A DNA stretch of 64,000 nt from the human T2T-CHM13v2.0 reference genome, Homo sapiens. A model generated the notes under the pieces. That model searched no databases. It saw only the letters and a program-made list of their open reading frames with translations, and had not been told where the DNA came from. The position numbers and the translations under genes were made by a program. Positions 11,737 to 26,130 of the stretch are shown here, piece after piece. The first letter of the stretch is position 1; every line of letters starts with the position of its first letter. The stretch is taken from NCBI RefSeq assembly GCF_009914755.1, contig NC_060940.1; one strand, given 5' to 3'.

Positions 11737-12391
11737 TGTTTCTGGACCAAACTGAGGGTCACACTGCTATTTCTCGTGGTCTAATAATGAGGTGCAGATG
11801 AACTGGGGAGGAAGAGAGTTTTTATTTCTGTAACCAGTTACAGGGAGAAGGTCTGGAAAATATTGCCAGACCGACTCAAAATTACAAAGTTTTCCAAAGA
11901 TTATATACCTTCTAAGTTGTATGTCTACATGTAAGTGTGCATTCATCTGAAGACCTAAGTGGTTCATTTATTGTCATCTGTACCTAAGATCTGAGTCCTG
12001 AGGACCTTCATCTGGACCTTCAGTAAATTTAATCTAAATGGGTCTAGGTGCTGGGGTGATTACCCTTATCTTGTCTCGTGCTAATCATGGAGGTTGGGGG
12101 AGTTCTTTTAGACCCCGCAATAAACTTGTTTGTGGAGGCCTGGGGAGTTTCTTCAGATCCCAGTAAAACTTGTTTAATCCTAAACAAGTCCTGTTAAGAA
12201 ATCCTTCAGTATCTTGTCAGGATTTAAGCCCCAGGAAAGGCCTGGGCACAATTCTGGGTGGGCTTTGGTTGCATCCCAGCCTTTGTAGATGGGCTCTGGC
12301 TGCCTCAGCTTTTATTATTTAACTTAACCACTCAGTCAGTGCCGAAACAGTAGTTGTGGAGGTCTGTGTTAGTGAGACCTGATTTGCCACA
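11737..12391 (-). mobile_element. ERV1 solo LTR, MER39-like
   Basis: TG...CA ends; GGACCAAACTGAGGGTC...GTTAGTGAGACCTGATTTGCCACA. Confidence 0.75.
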
Positions 12392-12483
12392 CAGGGTCCT
12401 GTTGTGCTTCTCTGGGAATTTCATTGCTTGGATGTTATTTGACATTTCCCTTTTAACAGTTAATGTTAGAAAGTCCATGTTAT

Positions 12484-12780
<297 letters not shown>

Positions 12781-14100
12781 GTGCATGTTATTTGATGGTT
12801 TTTATATTCCTTTATTCATTTCGGCAAAAGCCGTTCCCCCACGTTGTTGTAAGAATCTGATTGTTAGATGATACTCTTGAAGTAGGCTGACCCAAAATAT
12901 TTTTCGGAGACTTGGCTATGAAGAATTTTATAAACTAACTTAAGTTGCCTTTCTTTTAAGGAGCTGACATAGTGGAATTGTGCAAAGAAGTTATTTTAGT
13001 TTCCCTTAGGGTTAAATATTTATTGAAGAGGGAAGATGGCTTCTTCCACAACAATTTTTATTTTCTCCTTTTCTAATCTGTTCTAAAAGTGTTTTAGCTG
13101 CCTTGCTACTAGGAAAAGGGACTTACTCATTTCCATTGAACTCAAAATGTTACTTTGTGTGTGTGTTTAATTTCCCCATCACCCACTCTGCAGACTCAAA
13201 ACCTCTGAGCTAGACCATGCCTTGATTTTTTTTTTCTTTTAAATGCCATGAGTTAGACATTTAAGGACACCAAATGATTGAAAATAGTCGAAAATGTTCA
13301 CTTGACCCTCATTGCCTATGACATTGCTGTTAGCTTTCCGCATGAAAGTGCAAACTTCAATTTTCAGGAAGACCCACATCCCAGAACTGGCATTGTTTCC
13401 TTAGTCATTGGAAGCAGAAAACTACAGCAGAAGTGTTGCCTCCAGCCGTACAGAGAAGAACAATCTGCAGGCACAATCTGGAAACCTTTCCCAGTGAAGG
13501 GAGAAAGTGAGAGTGGCGTTCTGGCCTTGGAAAAACAAACATTTGTTATTACTTTCCTAGGGACTGAAATTTTTAGCTCCCCAGTGCAATCTGTGTATAA
13601 TCTAGATTTCCAGATTTCCTAAATGGAAAACAGATAAACAAAAATCAGCCTTCTTAAATTATGTATGGTGGTAAAATAAAGTAACTGAGAAGGAAACAGG
13701 ATTCCTAAACCGAATGGACTTTAGCAAAAGAATCTTTCACCATTAATAATTTCTCCCTGAACAAATATGCAGATATTTTACCAGACAGAGAATAGAGACT
13801 TTGTTTTGGCTTATCTTGCTTAAGAGTAATTCTGAGAATCTATTACTTGTGAGAGAATAAGATTCATAAGGAATGTTCGTTAGAGAGTTGTACTGGGAGG
13901 TTCACAGGCTACATTTCTAATTTTTTCCTAAAGAACTCCTTTTACAATAAAAAACCATGCTGTAAGCTGCAGAGTGTTGCTGAAATGTAAGCTTTTACCA
14001 TTGTTGTAGATCTGGCATCTTGTTTAGAACCCATAGTTTCCTAATATTTGCACGTTATAACATATGAAGCTAAACTGTATAGTACATAAAACTCATACAA

Positions 14101-14396
14101 TTTTTTTTTTTTCGAGATGGAGTCTTGCACTGTCACCCTGGCTAGAGTGCAATGACATGATCTCAGCTCGCTGCAACCTCTGCCTCCTGGGTTCAAGTGA
14201 TTCTCCTTGCCTCAGGCATCCAAGTAGCTGGGATTACAGGTGCCCGCCACCATGCCCAGCTAACTTGTTTGTATTTTTAGTAGAGATGGGGTTTCACTTT
14301 GTTGGCCAGGCTGGACTCAAACTCCTGACCTCTTGATCCGCCCACCTCAGCCTCCCAAAGTCCTGGGATTACAGGCATGAGTCACCCAGCCCTGCC
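14101..14396 (-). mobile_element. AluS
   Basis: Antisense dimer; CATACAA-containing TSD. Confidence 0.95.
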
Positions 14397-15009
14397 AATA
14401 CATACAAATTTTAACTCCAGGGTAAATTGATAAGACTTCTTCCTTCATGGAAGTTAAATTCTAATAGGATCCCTAATGCCCCATCTAGCCCTGCAGTATT
14501 TCAGGTGAACAATAACTCTTTGCTGACTGAAGATTTGACTGGATGGTACACGCCCTCCAATGGAACTAACAGGCTCAACAGCTCTAGGTGCATAAATAAT
14601 CTTCATCCTACAAATAAAGAATTCTAAAATGGACTCTAAATATTGTATGTGGCTACTGTGGAAGCTAGGAAGATTGATTGGATTAATATCAAGTTTCACA
14701 ATGTGTTCTTTCATTAGGATGTCAGTAATGAGAATGAACTATTCATTAGAACAGCCAACTTTCTAAAGAATAAGAGTGCTGACCTCACACATGACTGGGG
14801 CAGAACAGGGTACTGTTTACTTCATGAGAGCCCTAGAATGGGACGCAGTGGATTGGGGGCCGTTCCCTACTCTATTGCCAAGTATGTGCATTTGCCACTC
14901 TGACTTCTTATAGGTAAAGTATTGGCAGTTATGTCCTCCATAGTCAATTTCATTCTTAAAAAGGCCATGTGTCCCAAACATTAACTGAAAAACAAAAAGC
15001 GAGATTCAA

Positions 15010-15638
15010 AGACTTCTCATACGCTGTTGGTCGGAGTGTAAATTAGTTCATTGTGAAAAGCACTGTGAAAGGCAATTCATCAAAGATCTGAAAACTGAAT
15101 ACCATTTGACCTACCAGTCCCATTACTGGGTTTATATGCAGAGGAATATAAATTATTCTACCATAAAGACCCATGCACGTGAATGTTCACTGCAGCATTA
15201 CTCACAATAGCAAAGATACGGAATCAACCTAAAGGCCCAGCAATAACAGATTGGCTAAAGAAAATGTGGTACATCTACACCATGGAATACTATGCAGCCA
15301 TAAAAAATGAGATCCTGTCTTTTGCAGGAACATGGATGGAGCTTGAGGCCATTTTCCTTAGCAAACTATGACAGGAACAAAAAAACAAATACTGCATGTT
15401 CTCACTTACAAGTGGGAATTCAGTGATTTGAACACATGGACACACAGAGGGGAAGAGCAGACTTTGGGGTCTCCTGGAGGATAGAGGGTAGGAGGAGGGA
15501 GAAGAGCAGAAAAAAATAACTTGGGTACTTGGCTTAGTACCTGGGTGGTGAAATAATCTGTACCATCCCCATAACATGAGTTTACCTATGTAATGAACCT
15601 GTACATGTACCTCTGAGCCTAAAATAAAAGTTAAAAAA
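15010..15638 (+). mobile_element. L1PA15/16-like 3' end (ORF2 C-terminus remnant plus 3'UTR)
   Basis: ORF 15183-15371 KMWYIYTMEYYAAIKNE is the L1 ORF2 C-terminus; ends AAATAAAAGTTAAAAAAA. Confidence 0.9.
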
Positions 15639-16882
15639 ATTCTCACTTCAGTTATCACATTGAAAGGAATACAGATCATCAGACAATGAAGAGCAAATCA
15701 AATTATTCCTGGTATCTCTTCGAGGATGTTTACAAGGAGGGAAGTCTGTTAATGAATGCTGAAAACATGTGAAATTATCCTTACCATCTTGTCCATTCTG
15801 CATGCCTCACAATGTACCCTCCTTTCTTCAAGGTTTTTCCCTGCACTGTAAAGTCTGAAGTGTAACACCCAAGCTATGTGGAGATTTTCACATCTTCGCT
15901 GCCCTGTTGTCCTCAGCATCTAACTCCGCCTTTCTCCTTACAGTCACACTTGGCTCTTTCCAACACGAATCACTAGCCTTTACTTTCCCTGTTGTATCTT
16001 CTTTACTCATTGCTTTAGTTCTAAGCCATAGAATTCCAAAAGCCAAGCTGGAAAAGGAGGAGTTACCTTTTGTGAGGTGAGAAGGGGAAAAACTGTGGGT
16101 ATTCATACTCAAAATATTTGCTAGTTGCAGCTCTATAAGAAGTCATCCAGCAGCTTGGAGAAGTATATGGTTCACAAAGATGATTCATCCAAGAACCAGT
16201 TTGAATATTTAGATGATTTAGAGTGGAATTAGTTAGAATAGAAATGAGTATAGAATTGCCACAGGTCACAATATAAGAGAAAAATTAGCAAATTAATTAA
16301 TTGGATGTTGTTCTATAGCCAGTATTTGTTTTAGAGATTTTTATGAAGTACTTTTCCTTCCTGAAAGTCATTATAAAGCTTTGTAGTAACCTGATAATGT
16401 TGAATATTTACTTTAATGTCATCCAAAAAACTATAGAGTTTTGAAAGATGGAATGAGAAACTGGTCTGTAATAAGGAAAAACCAGAAAGACTGTAATACA
16501 TTTGCATCTTTTTCAAATTCATATGCTAACTAGAGCTAACAAATGTTAAATAATTTCAGAAAGTATCTTTGCTGGGCCTATTCTGACCAGTAAATAAAAG
16601 CATTTGAATGAGTTCACCATCTTACATGGATAGTCTGTGGAGAAGAAATGGATTTTAAAGAGCCTGAACTAGTTCCCAGCAAATTTGATCACATCATTGG
16701 TTTTTTAAAACATGTCTTTTACCTACACGCGGTAACAGATTTGTATTATATGCGCTAAAATGATAATATTTATATTAATGAGGTGATATTGTCTTACATG
16801 TATTACCAGGGGAGCATCTTTCTGTTTTTTCTCCCTTTCTTTTTCTATTTTTTTCTTTGTTTCTTTTTCTTTCCTTTTCATT

Positions 16883-16897
16883 TATATATATAAATAA

Positions 16898-16951
<54 letters not shown>

Positions 16952-17233
16952 GAGACAAAGTCTTGCTCTGTTACCCAGGCTGGAGTGCAATAGCATGATC
17001 TCAGCTCACTGCAAACTCCACCTCCTGGGTTCAAGTGATTCTCCTGCCTCAGCCTCCTAAGTAGCTGAGATTACAGGCACGTCTCACCACGTCCAGCTGA
17101 TTTTTGTATTTTTAGCAGAGATGGGGTTTCAGCATGATTGCCAGGCTGGTCTTGAACTCCTGACCTCAAGTAGTATGCCTGCTTCAGCCTCCCAAAGTGC
17201 TGGGATTACAGGTGTAAGCCACCGTGCCCAGCC
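16883..17233 (-). mobile_element. AluS with (TA)n-expanded tail
   Basis: (TA)n 16883-16936, poly-T, antisense Alu. Confidence 0.95.
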
Positions 17234-17254
17234 TCTTTTTTTCCTTTTAATAAA

Positions 17255-17545
17255 ACACTGGTTACAATGTGAGAAACAGATTGGAGATTGTACAGGGAGA
17301 CCAGTTAGGAGTCTGTTCCAGTAGTTCAAGTGACAGCTGATGCCCTCTTAAACTAAGGTATTGAGGGAGATGATGGGAACTAAACAGCAGATTCAAGAGT
17401 TCTAGGGCATACAATGAAGAGAACTTGGCAATAAATTGATAATGGGAATTTTGAGACAAGGATGAGTGAGTCCAAGTTGATTTCTGCATTTAGGGTTGGT
17501 TGACTGAATGGTGGTGCCATTCACCTGGATGGGAAATGCTGGAGG
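17255..17545 (-). mobile_element. L2 fragment
   Basis: GGGAGACCAGTTAGGAG...GGTGGTGCCATTCACCTGGATGGGAAA. Confidence 0.75.
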
Positions 17546-17635
17546 AATGTTGGAGTAGCACACAGGGCTGGGGTCCTGAGTTCTGCACTCACTAATGGGA
17601 CTTTGCTTGTCCTATGATATTAAGATGCATACTAT

Positions 17636-17921
17636 GGCGGAGTGTGGTGGCTCACACCTGTAATCCCAGCACTTTGGGAGCCTGAGGCAGGCAGATCACA
17701 AGGTCACGAGATTGAGACCAGCCTGGCGAGCATGGTGAAAGCCCATCTCCACTAAAAATAAAAAATTTGGCTGGGCATGGTGGCAGACGCCTGTAATCCG
17801 AGCTACTCGGGAGGCTAAGGCAGAAGAATCACTTGAATCCAGGAGATGGAGGTTGTAGTGAGCTAAGATTGTGTCACTGTACTCCAGCCTGGTGACAGAG
17901 CGAGACTCCATCTCAAAAAAA
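17636..17921 (+). mobile_element. AluSc-like
   Basis: Full dimer; TSD AAGATGC(A/T)TA(C/T)TAT. Confidence 0.93.
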
Positions 17922-17924
17922 GAT

Positions 17925-18250
17925 GCTTATTATATATATAGTTCTATTGAATATGTATGTTAGTATATATATCTAGTTCTGTTGAATATATATGATTGTG
18001 TGTGTGTGTGTATATATATATAGGGTATAATATGCATATGTAATATATGCATTATATATAATATGCGTATTGTACCCTGTATATATATATGCATAGAACT
18101 ATATATAATATGCAAATTATACCTTGTGTATATGTATATATACTATCCTATACAATAGAACTATATATATATAATCATACTCAATAGAACTAGATATATA
18201 TAGGATGTAGCAATATGCATAGAACTATATATAATATGCATATTATACCT

Positions 18251-18302
<52 letters not shown>

Positions 18303-18315
18303 GTTCTATTGAAGT
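17925..18315. repeat. Complex (TA)n/(TG)n mosaic with direct and inverted modules
   Basis: TAGTTCTATTGA and its reverse complement recur among TA/TG runs. Confidence 0.85.
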
Positions 18316-19009
18316 ATGCACTAGCTTCCAGCATGTAGCCTTTATATTCTACTGATGCCCCATCACTTTGGAATTACCTCTTATCTTTTTCTCTCCTGCC
18401 TTTCTAATATCACCCCACCACTGATTCCCATCTGATTATGCCTACTTCACTGAAGCACCCTTGTCACTCCCTTCAATGCCTAAAGTATTGCTTTCTTAAG
18501 TGCTATGGAAGCAGAGTTCCTTTTCTTGCAGTGAATAAACTACATCCCAAGGATCTCACCCCTTGCTTCCCCAGTGAATAGCTCTCAGATGGAAAATAAA
18601 ACAGCACCATTACTCTCTGAGATTAAGAGGGACAGGTTTGCATACTCAACAAACATTGTCTGATGGGGAATAACTGCCAAATTTATCATCTCAGGGTGTT
18701 GGTAGTTGTTATTTTAATGTAAATTTTGAATAGATAATAGATTAATATGAATCTTATTTTACCAGGCAGAAAAATGGTATACAGTGAAGAGTAATGCTTC
18801 CTCCAACCTCTGCCCCCAGGTAATACTGTTCTTTTCTCCACAGACAAATACCTGGTTATCTCTGGGTCTGGGTATTAACTGTATCTGTGTCTTCTCCCAG
18901 TCATAACATACAATATCTCTAATTCATAGAAAATCACTACCTCTTACCAAGGGAATACTTCCTGTAACACCTTTAGCAGGGAACAATATCGGATAATCCC
19001 AAAGCAAGA

Positions 19010-19420
19010 TGTTAACGCAAACTAAATATGTCCTGAGAAGGACTCTGTACTTCTATATTTGAGTCCTTGTGGATGAACTGTAACCTAGCTTAATAGACAA
19101 GACTGAAAACCTGACTTAGGAGTATGCACCTGTAACAATAGTTGAGTCTTGGCCAATCCCAGCCGCCATACTTCAACCACCCATAGACTGCTAAGTGTTC
19201 AAAAAAGGCAAACACCAACCTGTCACCAGTTCAGCTGTTTGTGTACCTCACTGCTGATTTCTGTAAGTCATTTCCCTTTTTCTGTCTATGAATTTTCTTT
19301 CACCACCTTGGCTACGCTGGAGTCTCTGAATCTCATGTGATTCTGGGGGCTGCCTTCTGAATCGTTCATTGCTCAATTAAACTTCTTTAAATTTAATTTG
19401 GCTGAAGTTTTTCTTTAACC
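19010..19420 (+). mobile_element. MER57A solo LTR (ERV1)
   Basis: TGTTAACGCAAACTAAATATGTCCTGAGAAGGACTC...GCTCAATTAAACT...TTTAAC. Confidence 0.85.
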
Positions 19421-20669
19421 AGAGGGAAGAAATAAACTAATGTAGATTGCCTCTAAGTGCCAGCCACTGTGCCAGACACTTTCTAAAGGTGCATTTTTAA
19501 AGAATTATTTTTTAAAATTTTTGTGGATATACACATAGATGTATTGATTTATGGGGTACCTGAGATACAAAAATATTATCTTCCTCATCTACATTGAAGA
19601 GCTGTCATTCACCCCAGGAGGCAGTGTGGAATAAGTTTCTGTGCACCTGAGACTATATCCTATTGTATATGAAGCCTTCAACCAAAAGTGCCATAACCTT
19701 GGTACAGAATTGCTACCCCATCCGAAGTCCATAGGAACACAGCATAGAACAAACTGAAGTCTGAGAAGTTCAGGTGAGATACGTAGAGCTGCAGAAGAGG
19801 AGTTTTTCATTGTCTCTGAATTGGTCTTTCTCAGCGACAGAGTTATTTATGAGATGGGGCAATCATAGAAAGCAGTGGCTTTTAAAAAACACTTCAGCTG
19901 CCAAAAATCTTATTCCAATTCTCTGGAAGAGTGCTGTCGTACCAAGTGTAATTCACCAGTCCGGTGCCTTTCTGGAAGTTATGAAATTGGAGAGAGTTGC
20001 TTTTGTACAAATGAATAAACACCACCAAGATGAGCCTACCCGCTTGTCCTGAGTTGAGATTGATATGATCAGACATCTAGAGCTTGTTCTCCTGGGTGTC
20101 TCTCTGAAAAAATTCTCTTCTCTCTCACCTTTTTTTTTTTTTTCTGTTAATAAGTAGACAATGCTCTGGTCTGATGGGGTCTCAGGAAGGAAACTGGTAT
20201 CTATCTTTTCTTGTCAACATTTACCAACAAATATGCCTCTTATGGACAGGGATAGGGATTACGGATCACTCTCATTGTCTTATGTGTGCAACTTGGAGTG
20301 GATTGTTAGCTATCCAGAAAATGTCCATCCCTCTTTTTCTTGGAGAAATTCACTTTTTACCACATTTTGTGATTCAAATTGGTCTGTCACTGAAATTATT
20401 CTGAAAGGTTAAATGAGACCCATGAGGGCCGTACAGGAGGCTTCCGTGCATTTTTTCCTCTCCTTGTCCAAGTGGTGAAGAGGTAGGCACATAAACTAAG
20501 CGTGGACAATGGTACTTTTTCCTGGGAGAAGGATGACTAAAAAGATGGCGACACAAAGGTATCTAATTTTCCGTTCATGGCACCGTTCATGAGTCTTGAT
20601 TCTGTGAATGTCCCCATATGCCCCTCCAAAAACCTCTTTTTTTTTCCTTAAGTTAGCCAGTTATAGGTT

Positions 20670-21029
20670 TGTATTATGAGTTTCATAGTGCTATAAAGAG
20701 CTATAAAGAACTTCCTGGAGACTGGGTATTTTATAAAGGAAAGAGGTTTAATTGACGCAGTTCCACATGGCTGGGAAGTCCTCTGGAAACGTACAATCAC
20801 GGTGGAAGGCAAAAGGGAAGCAAATACCTTCTTCACAGGGCAGCAAGAGAACAGAGCAAGAGCAGAGAGAACTGCGTCATAAAACCATCAGATCTCGCCA
20901 GAAGTCACTCACTATCAGGAGAACAGTGTGCCGGGAAAGGTCGCCATGATCCAATCACAAGCCTCCCTCAACATGTGGGGATTACGGTTCAAGAGCTGAT
21001 TTGGGTGGAGACGGAGCCAAATCATATCA
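20670..21029 (-). mobile_element. THE1D-like solo LTR
   Basis: TGTATTA...CCAAATCATATCA; perfect TSD AGGTT; internal GCTATAAAGA duplication. Confidence 0.88.
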
Positions 21030-21709
21030 AGGTTCGGTTGCTTCCAACCATACACGTAACAGATATTTCACTAAATGCTATTCCAGAACGGATTTACACA
21101 ATTTTTGGAAATAGTTACAGAACACACACAGAAAAACTGATGATGATAAGATACCCCGAAAAACACACCTGGGTATTTCTTTCTGGGATGTTGTGGCTGA
21201 GATACCTTGATAGAAAAGCCGATTTTGCTGAGTAACTTCTAAGGCCTCCAATTCTGAAGGAAGAATTAAGTGATATGAGAGTTTGGAAAATAATTGAAGA
21301 GACCTGCCTTTGCAGGAAATAATATAGGCAGGAAAAATCAAGAATGCCACAAAATTGAGTAAAAGAGAACAAAAGAAGAGAAATAGAATTACCTCTCAAC
21401 TTTGTAAAATAGAATTGAACCCAGTAATACTGGATAAGATTTAAAAATATTATGGGGTAGGATCACTTCTATTAAATGTGATTAGCTTTTAGCTAGATAA
21501 CATTGAATATTTTAATGTTTCATTGGCTATTATACAATATATTTTTTTCCTCTATGAATATTGTAAAATTCCTGTTTGATTTAGGAGACAGGGATGTTTA
21601 AGTGATTATGTAGCTAGTCCTCAGACCACAGTTAAAAAGGTACTTTTGTTTTGTTTTCTGGCGTTGGGAAGATTAGCAACCTGGGTGCTAGCATGGAAAA
21701 GGCACAGGA

Positions 21710-22020
<311 letters not shown>

Positions 22021-22473
22021 AAGGCACAGAAAAAAATACTGAAATAAGTTGCAGACTGGAATTTCTTACAGATGTTGTTTCTCCTCAGCATGAACAGAGG
22101 TGGCCATGCCATTTCTCCAGATAAATAGTGCAGTACAAGAGTGTTGGTTGGTTTCATGTATCACCATATAAAGTTGTATTATCAGACTCCATATGATGAA
22201 GAAGCCTTCACGAGAAACTCACTACCAAAGCAAAATCGTTTTAAATTAATGAATGATTTTCAAGTAAAGGCCCCATAGGATTTTTTATTTGTCCTCCTGT
22301 TAGAATGAATATCTGTGAATATTAAGCTCCTCACATTTCCTGTTTTGTTAAGAAATTTGTTCAAAATGAAAGTATCTCCCTTTAGACCAAGCTAGGACGG
22401 TCTACTAACAGAACCTTAGAAAGGAAACACAATGCAAAGTGCCAATTAGCACTGCAAAGTTTTGGTTCAGTTT

Positions 22474-22791
<318 letters not shown>

Positions 22792-24519
22792 TAATGCCTA
22801 AATGTGGTCTAAATCTTTTAGGACAAGTGTGGCCTCATGCAACATGGATTGTTGGAGGCCTCATTTGTGCTCATAAGCGGCATTTTCCTTGTGGACCTCC
22901 TGTTTTACTCCATTAGGTTTTGCATACAGCAGTACCATAGAAGATGGAGCACTTAGAAATGGTGGGAAGCCCCTGAGTCCTTTGTCCATCATGTCAGAGT
23001 GACGATGTTTCTAGAGGTCATTGCTGTCTTTCTTTGGAGACTGGGAGAATAGGGAAGTAAAGGAAGATGTTTAAATTCCCTACTTCTCTCTTTTTTGTTA
23101 GATTTTTAAATAAAACTTTATTTCACAAAAGACCTATTGTCATGACAACCAGTCAAACAATGCTGATGTATATGAAGAAAACCATGAATATATTTTCACT
23201 CCCATTAAAAAAAAAAAGTGCAACCTAAGTTTTCAGGCCTCACCTTTGTATGGTTAAATATCAGGCCACAATGACTTCCTATAACAAAATTGTGATTATA
23301 GCAAGGATGATTGGCTAATTACTGAAATTTACACTTCTCCGGTTCCCCAGATAGTATTCCAGTTCTTTCTGGCAGTCCTCAAAACAGCCATATTCCATGA
23401 AACAACCCTCTTCGTTTCTAGCCTCCAGTTGACCACATTCATGTAACTGCCTTCAGAAGCTGCTGCTTGTTGCAATTCCCATCTTGAGAATGCTCGTATG
23501 GGTTCCCAGGTGTCACCTCTGAATGTTCTCATGGCTCTAGTTTGGGGACCCCAGCTCCTTCTTAGGTTTTCTTCAGAGACAGGGCCAATGGCTCTTTCCC
23601 CAGCCCTATGCTATGATCTGTCACCTGGTCCCTAAAGTAGCTTTGCTTGTGCTGAATCTCACTAAGTGTCTCTTTCATCTTCTGCATCCAAACCTCTCTC
23701 TCCACAGGTGGCTCAAAATCAATCTGAAGAACTGAGTAGGGGGTGGATGCAATTCCTTTTCATTTTGAATTTCTTTATCACCTTTCCAAGTCCCATACTC
23801 TCTCACCCTATCAAAATCTTCTCCCTCTGTCCCTAGTTATAAAATCAAACCTCCTGGGCATGCCAATGGCAGCAGGCACCTGCAGAGATGCGGAGGATTC
23901 CTGAAGAATGAGTGAAGGGAGGAGGCGCTGTTGATACCCCCAACCCCTCTGGCTTCCATCTGAGCTCAGCCAGCCCCTTGTTAGGTAATGAAGGGAGATA
24001 ATGGTCCAGACTGGTTACATTTCCTTCCTCAAGTTACCCAGCAAACTATTAACCAGTCCTTGCTACTAACACTCTCATCATGGCACTGGCAATATCTGAG
24101 GACCGGTTCAGTGATCTGCACAAAGGGAAATTAGATTCAAACATAACAACTTGTCCTGGAGTGAAAAGCAGATGTATAATTTCTCTCATTTGTCCCTACT
24201 TTATTTAATAGCCCACATAGGGAGCTTATTTAAAACTCCTAGAACAACAACACACCAAACAAGCCAATATTCTGAGATCTCATTGCATGATCAACATGAT
24301 GATAATAACTGTTTTCTTCTTTCATGTAATAACACAGAGAGAAAATTGTGGTGGGGGGGAGGGAGGAGGTCTAAGAGAGTCAGAAATGTCCTTTTCTGAT
24401 CTTCAAACTGAAAGCAAGAAAGTTGATTAAGACATAGCTCCTGATCATGTCCTAAGTGTTTCCATTTCTTTCTGACATTGTTTTCCATCCATTCTTACGG
24501 TAAATAATCTCTGTGTGTC

Positions 24520-24924
24520 AAGCCTGACATTGGGTGGTAGAAGCAGGTGGGTGAACAAGGTAGATGTGGCTTCTAGCTTCATGGGGCTTAGAGTCTAGTG
24601 GGAGACAGGCATTGATCAAATTAATAATGACAATCCTTAGTATGTGCTGTGAAGGGAAGTTACACTGATGAGCATGATAGATGCGAATCACAGAGATTCT
24701 CAAGTAAATGGCAGTTAAGGACAGAGCTGAATGACAGGTAGGGGACAAAGAGGCTAAGGGGGAAGGGCTCCTCCAAGCACAGGGAGCAGCATGTGGAAGG
24801 TCTTGGAAACCTGAGGAAGTGAAGTGAAAAGTCCTTCAGTCTGGAACCCTGGGGGAGAGGTGGGGCTAGAGTTGAGGTTGGATAGAAGCAGCACATCAAG
24901 GGGTTTGGGTTTATGTCCTGTGAG
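24520..24924 (-). mobile_element. L2a fragment, resuming at about 25560-25620 after MER41B
   Basis: CATGGGGCTTAGAGTCTAGTGGGAGACAG; CAGGGAGCAGCATGTG. Confidence 0.75.
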
Positions 24925-25559
24925 TGTTTCTGGAAAGGGGTCCTGATCCAGACGCCAAGAGAGGGTTCTTGGACCTTGCACAGAAAAGAATTTGGGGCGA
25001 GTCCATAGAGTAAAATGAAAGCAAGTTTTTTAAGAAAATACAGGAATAAAAGAATGGCTGTTCTACAGGCAGAGCAGTGGTATGGGCCGCCCAGCTGCTC
25101 ATCCTTATCATTACTTCTTGATTATATGCTAAACAAGGGATGGATTATTCATAGTTTTTCCCGGAAAGCGGTAGGCAATGACTAGAACTGAGGGTTTCTC
25201 CCCATTTCCGACCATATAGCGTAACTTCCGGGTGTTGCTACAGCATTTGTAAACTGTCATGGCGCTGGTGAGAGTGCTGTTGAGCATGCAAGTGCTTTAT
25301 AATTAGCATATAGTGAAGAGTGAGGATGACCAGAGATCACTCTCATTGCCATCTTGGTTTTGGTGGGTTTTGGCCGACTTCTTTGCCACTTGCTATTTTA
25401 TTTTCTAGGTCTTTGTGCCCCGTATTGTGTGCTGAACTCCTGTCTCATCCTGTGACTAAGATTGCCTAACCTTCTGGGAATGCAGCCCAGTAGATCTCAG
25501 CCTTACTTTACCTAACCCCTTTTCAAGATGGAGTCACTCTGGTTCAAACACCTCTGACA
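24925..25559 (-). mobile_element. MER41B solo LTR (ERV1)
   Basis: 635 bp, TG...CA; right end CAAGATGGAGTCACTCTGGTTCAAACACCTCTGACA; contains TTCCCGGAA. Confidence 0.88.
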
Positions 25560-25624
25560 TTCGCAGTGGAATCCATTAAAAGATGTTAAGGAGATATGAT
25601 TATATTTCTAAATTGTCACTCCAG

Positions 25625-25825
25625 CATCCCCTACGCCAGACATTATGCCAGTCTCTATCCATACAGTATCTCATTTAATCCTCCCGTCATTAATCTCATT
25701 TTACCAATGAGTAAACTTGAAGCAAATGAGTGACTTTCTCAAGGCTACCTACTTACGCCTTACCAGGGCCAGGATTCAAACCTAGACTTGTTCAGCGACA
25801 GAACACACACTTAACCATTACCCAC
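25625..25825 (-). mobile_element. MIR
   Basis: TCTCATTTAATCCTC...CATTTTACCAATGAGTAAACTTGAAGC...CAGGATTCAAACC. Confidence 0.75.
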
Positions 25826-26130
25826 TCTTCTCTCTGGTCCCCAGCAAAAAGTCTATAGTTTGCAGCCAAACCTCATTCTCTAATTCCAACTACCTAATAG
25901 TTTGCTCTTAATAGTTACTTTAAGAGGAAAAGCTTAATTCTCACAACATTTGTCAACACTCAGTCTGTTTGAATGGGTATAATTTAAAAAATAATTTACT
26001 TCCACTGAAGGAAAGAAAGGACTGTCTTGAGAAGTAAGAAACTTGAAGATCTTTAAGAGTATTAATATTAAGGTTGGCAAATCCTTTGAGAAGAGTTTCT
26101 TTCTGCCTATTGTACCATTTAAAAATAATC

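Noticed and set aside
15183-15679. ORFs with real protein similarity
   Set aside because: Decayed L1 ORF2 C-terminus and antisense 3'UTR of a truncated L1
19570-20660. Possible processed pseudogene or coding exons in unique sequence (CAG|GTGAGA at 19773; pyrimidine tract at about 20115-20155)
   Set aside because: Listed ORFs are short with no recognisable protein; no poly(A) or TSD; splice signals alone are insufficient
23915-23935. CTCF-like AGGAGGCGCTG (and TGGGGGCGCTG near 35287)
   Set aside because: Only the 3' half of the motif matches
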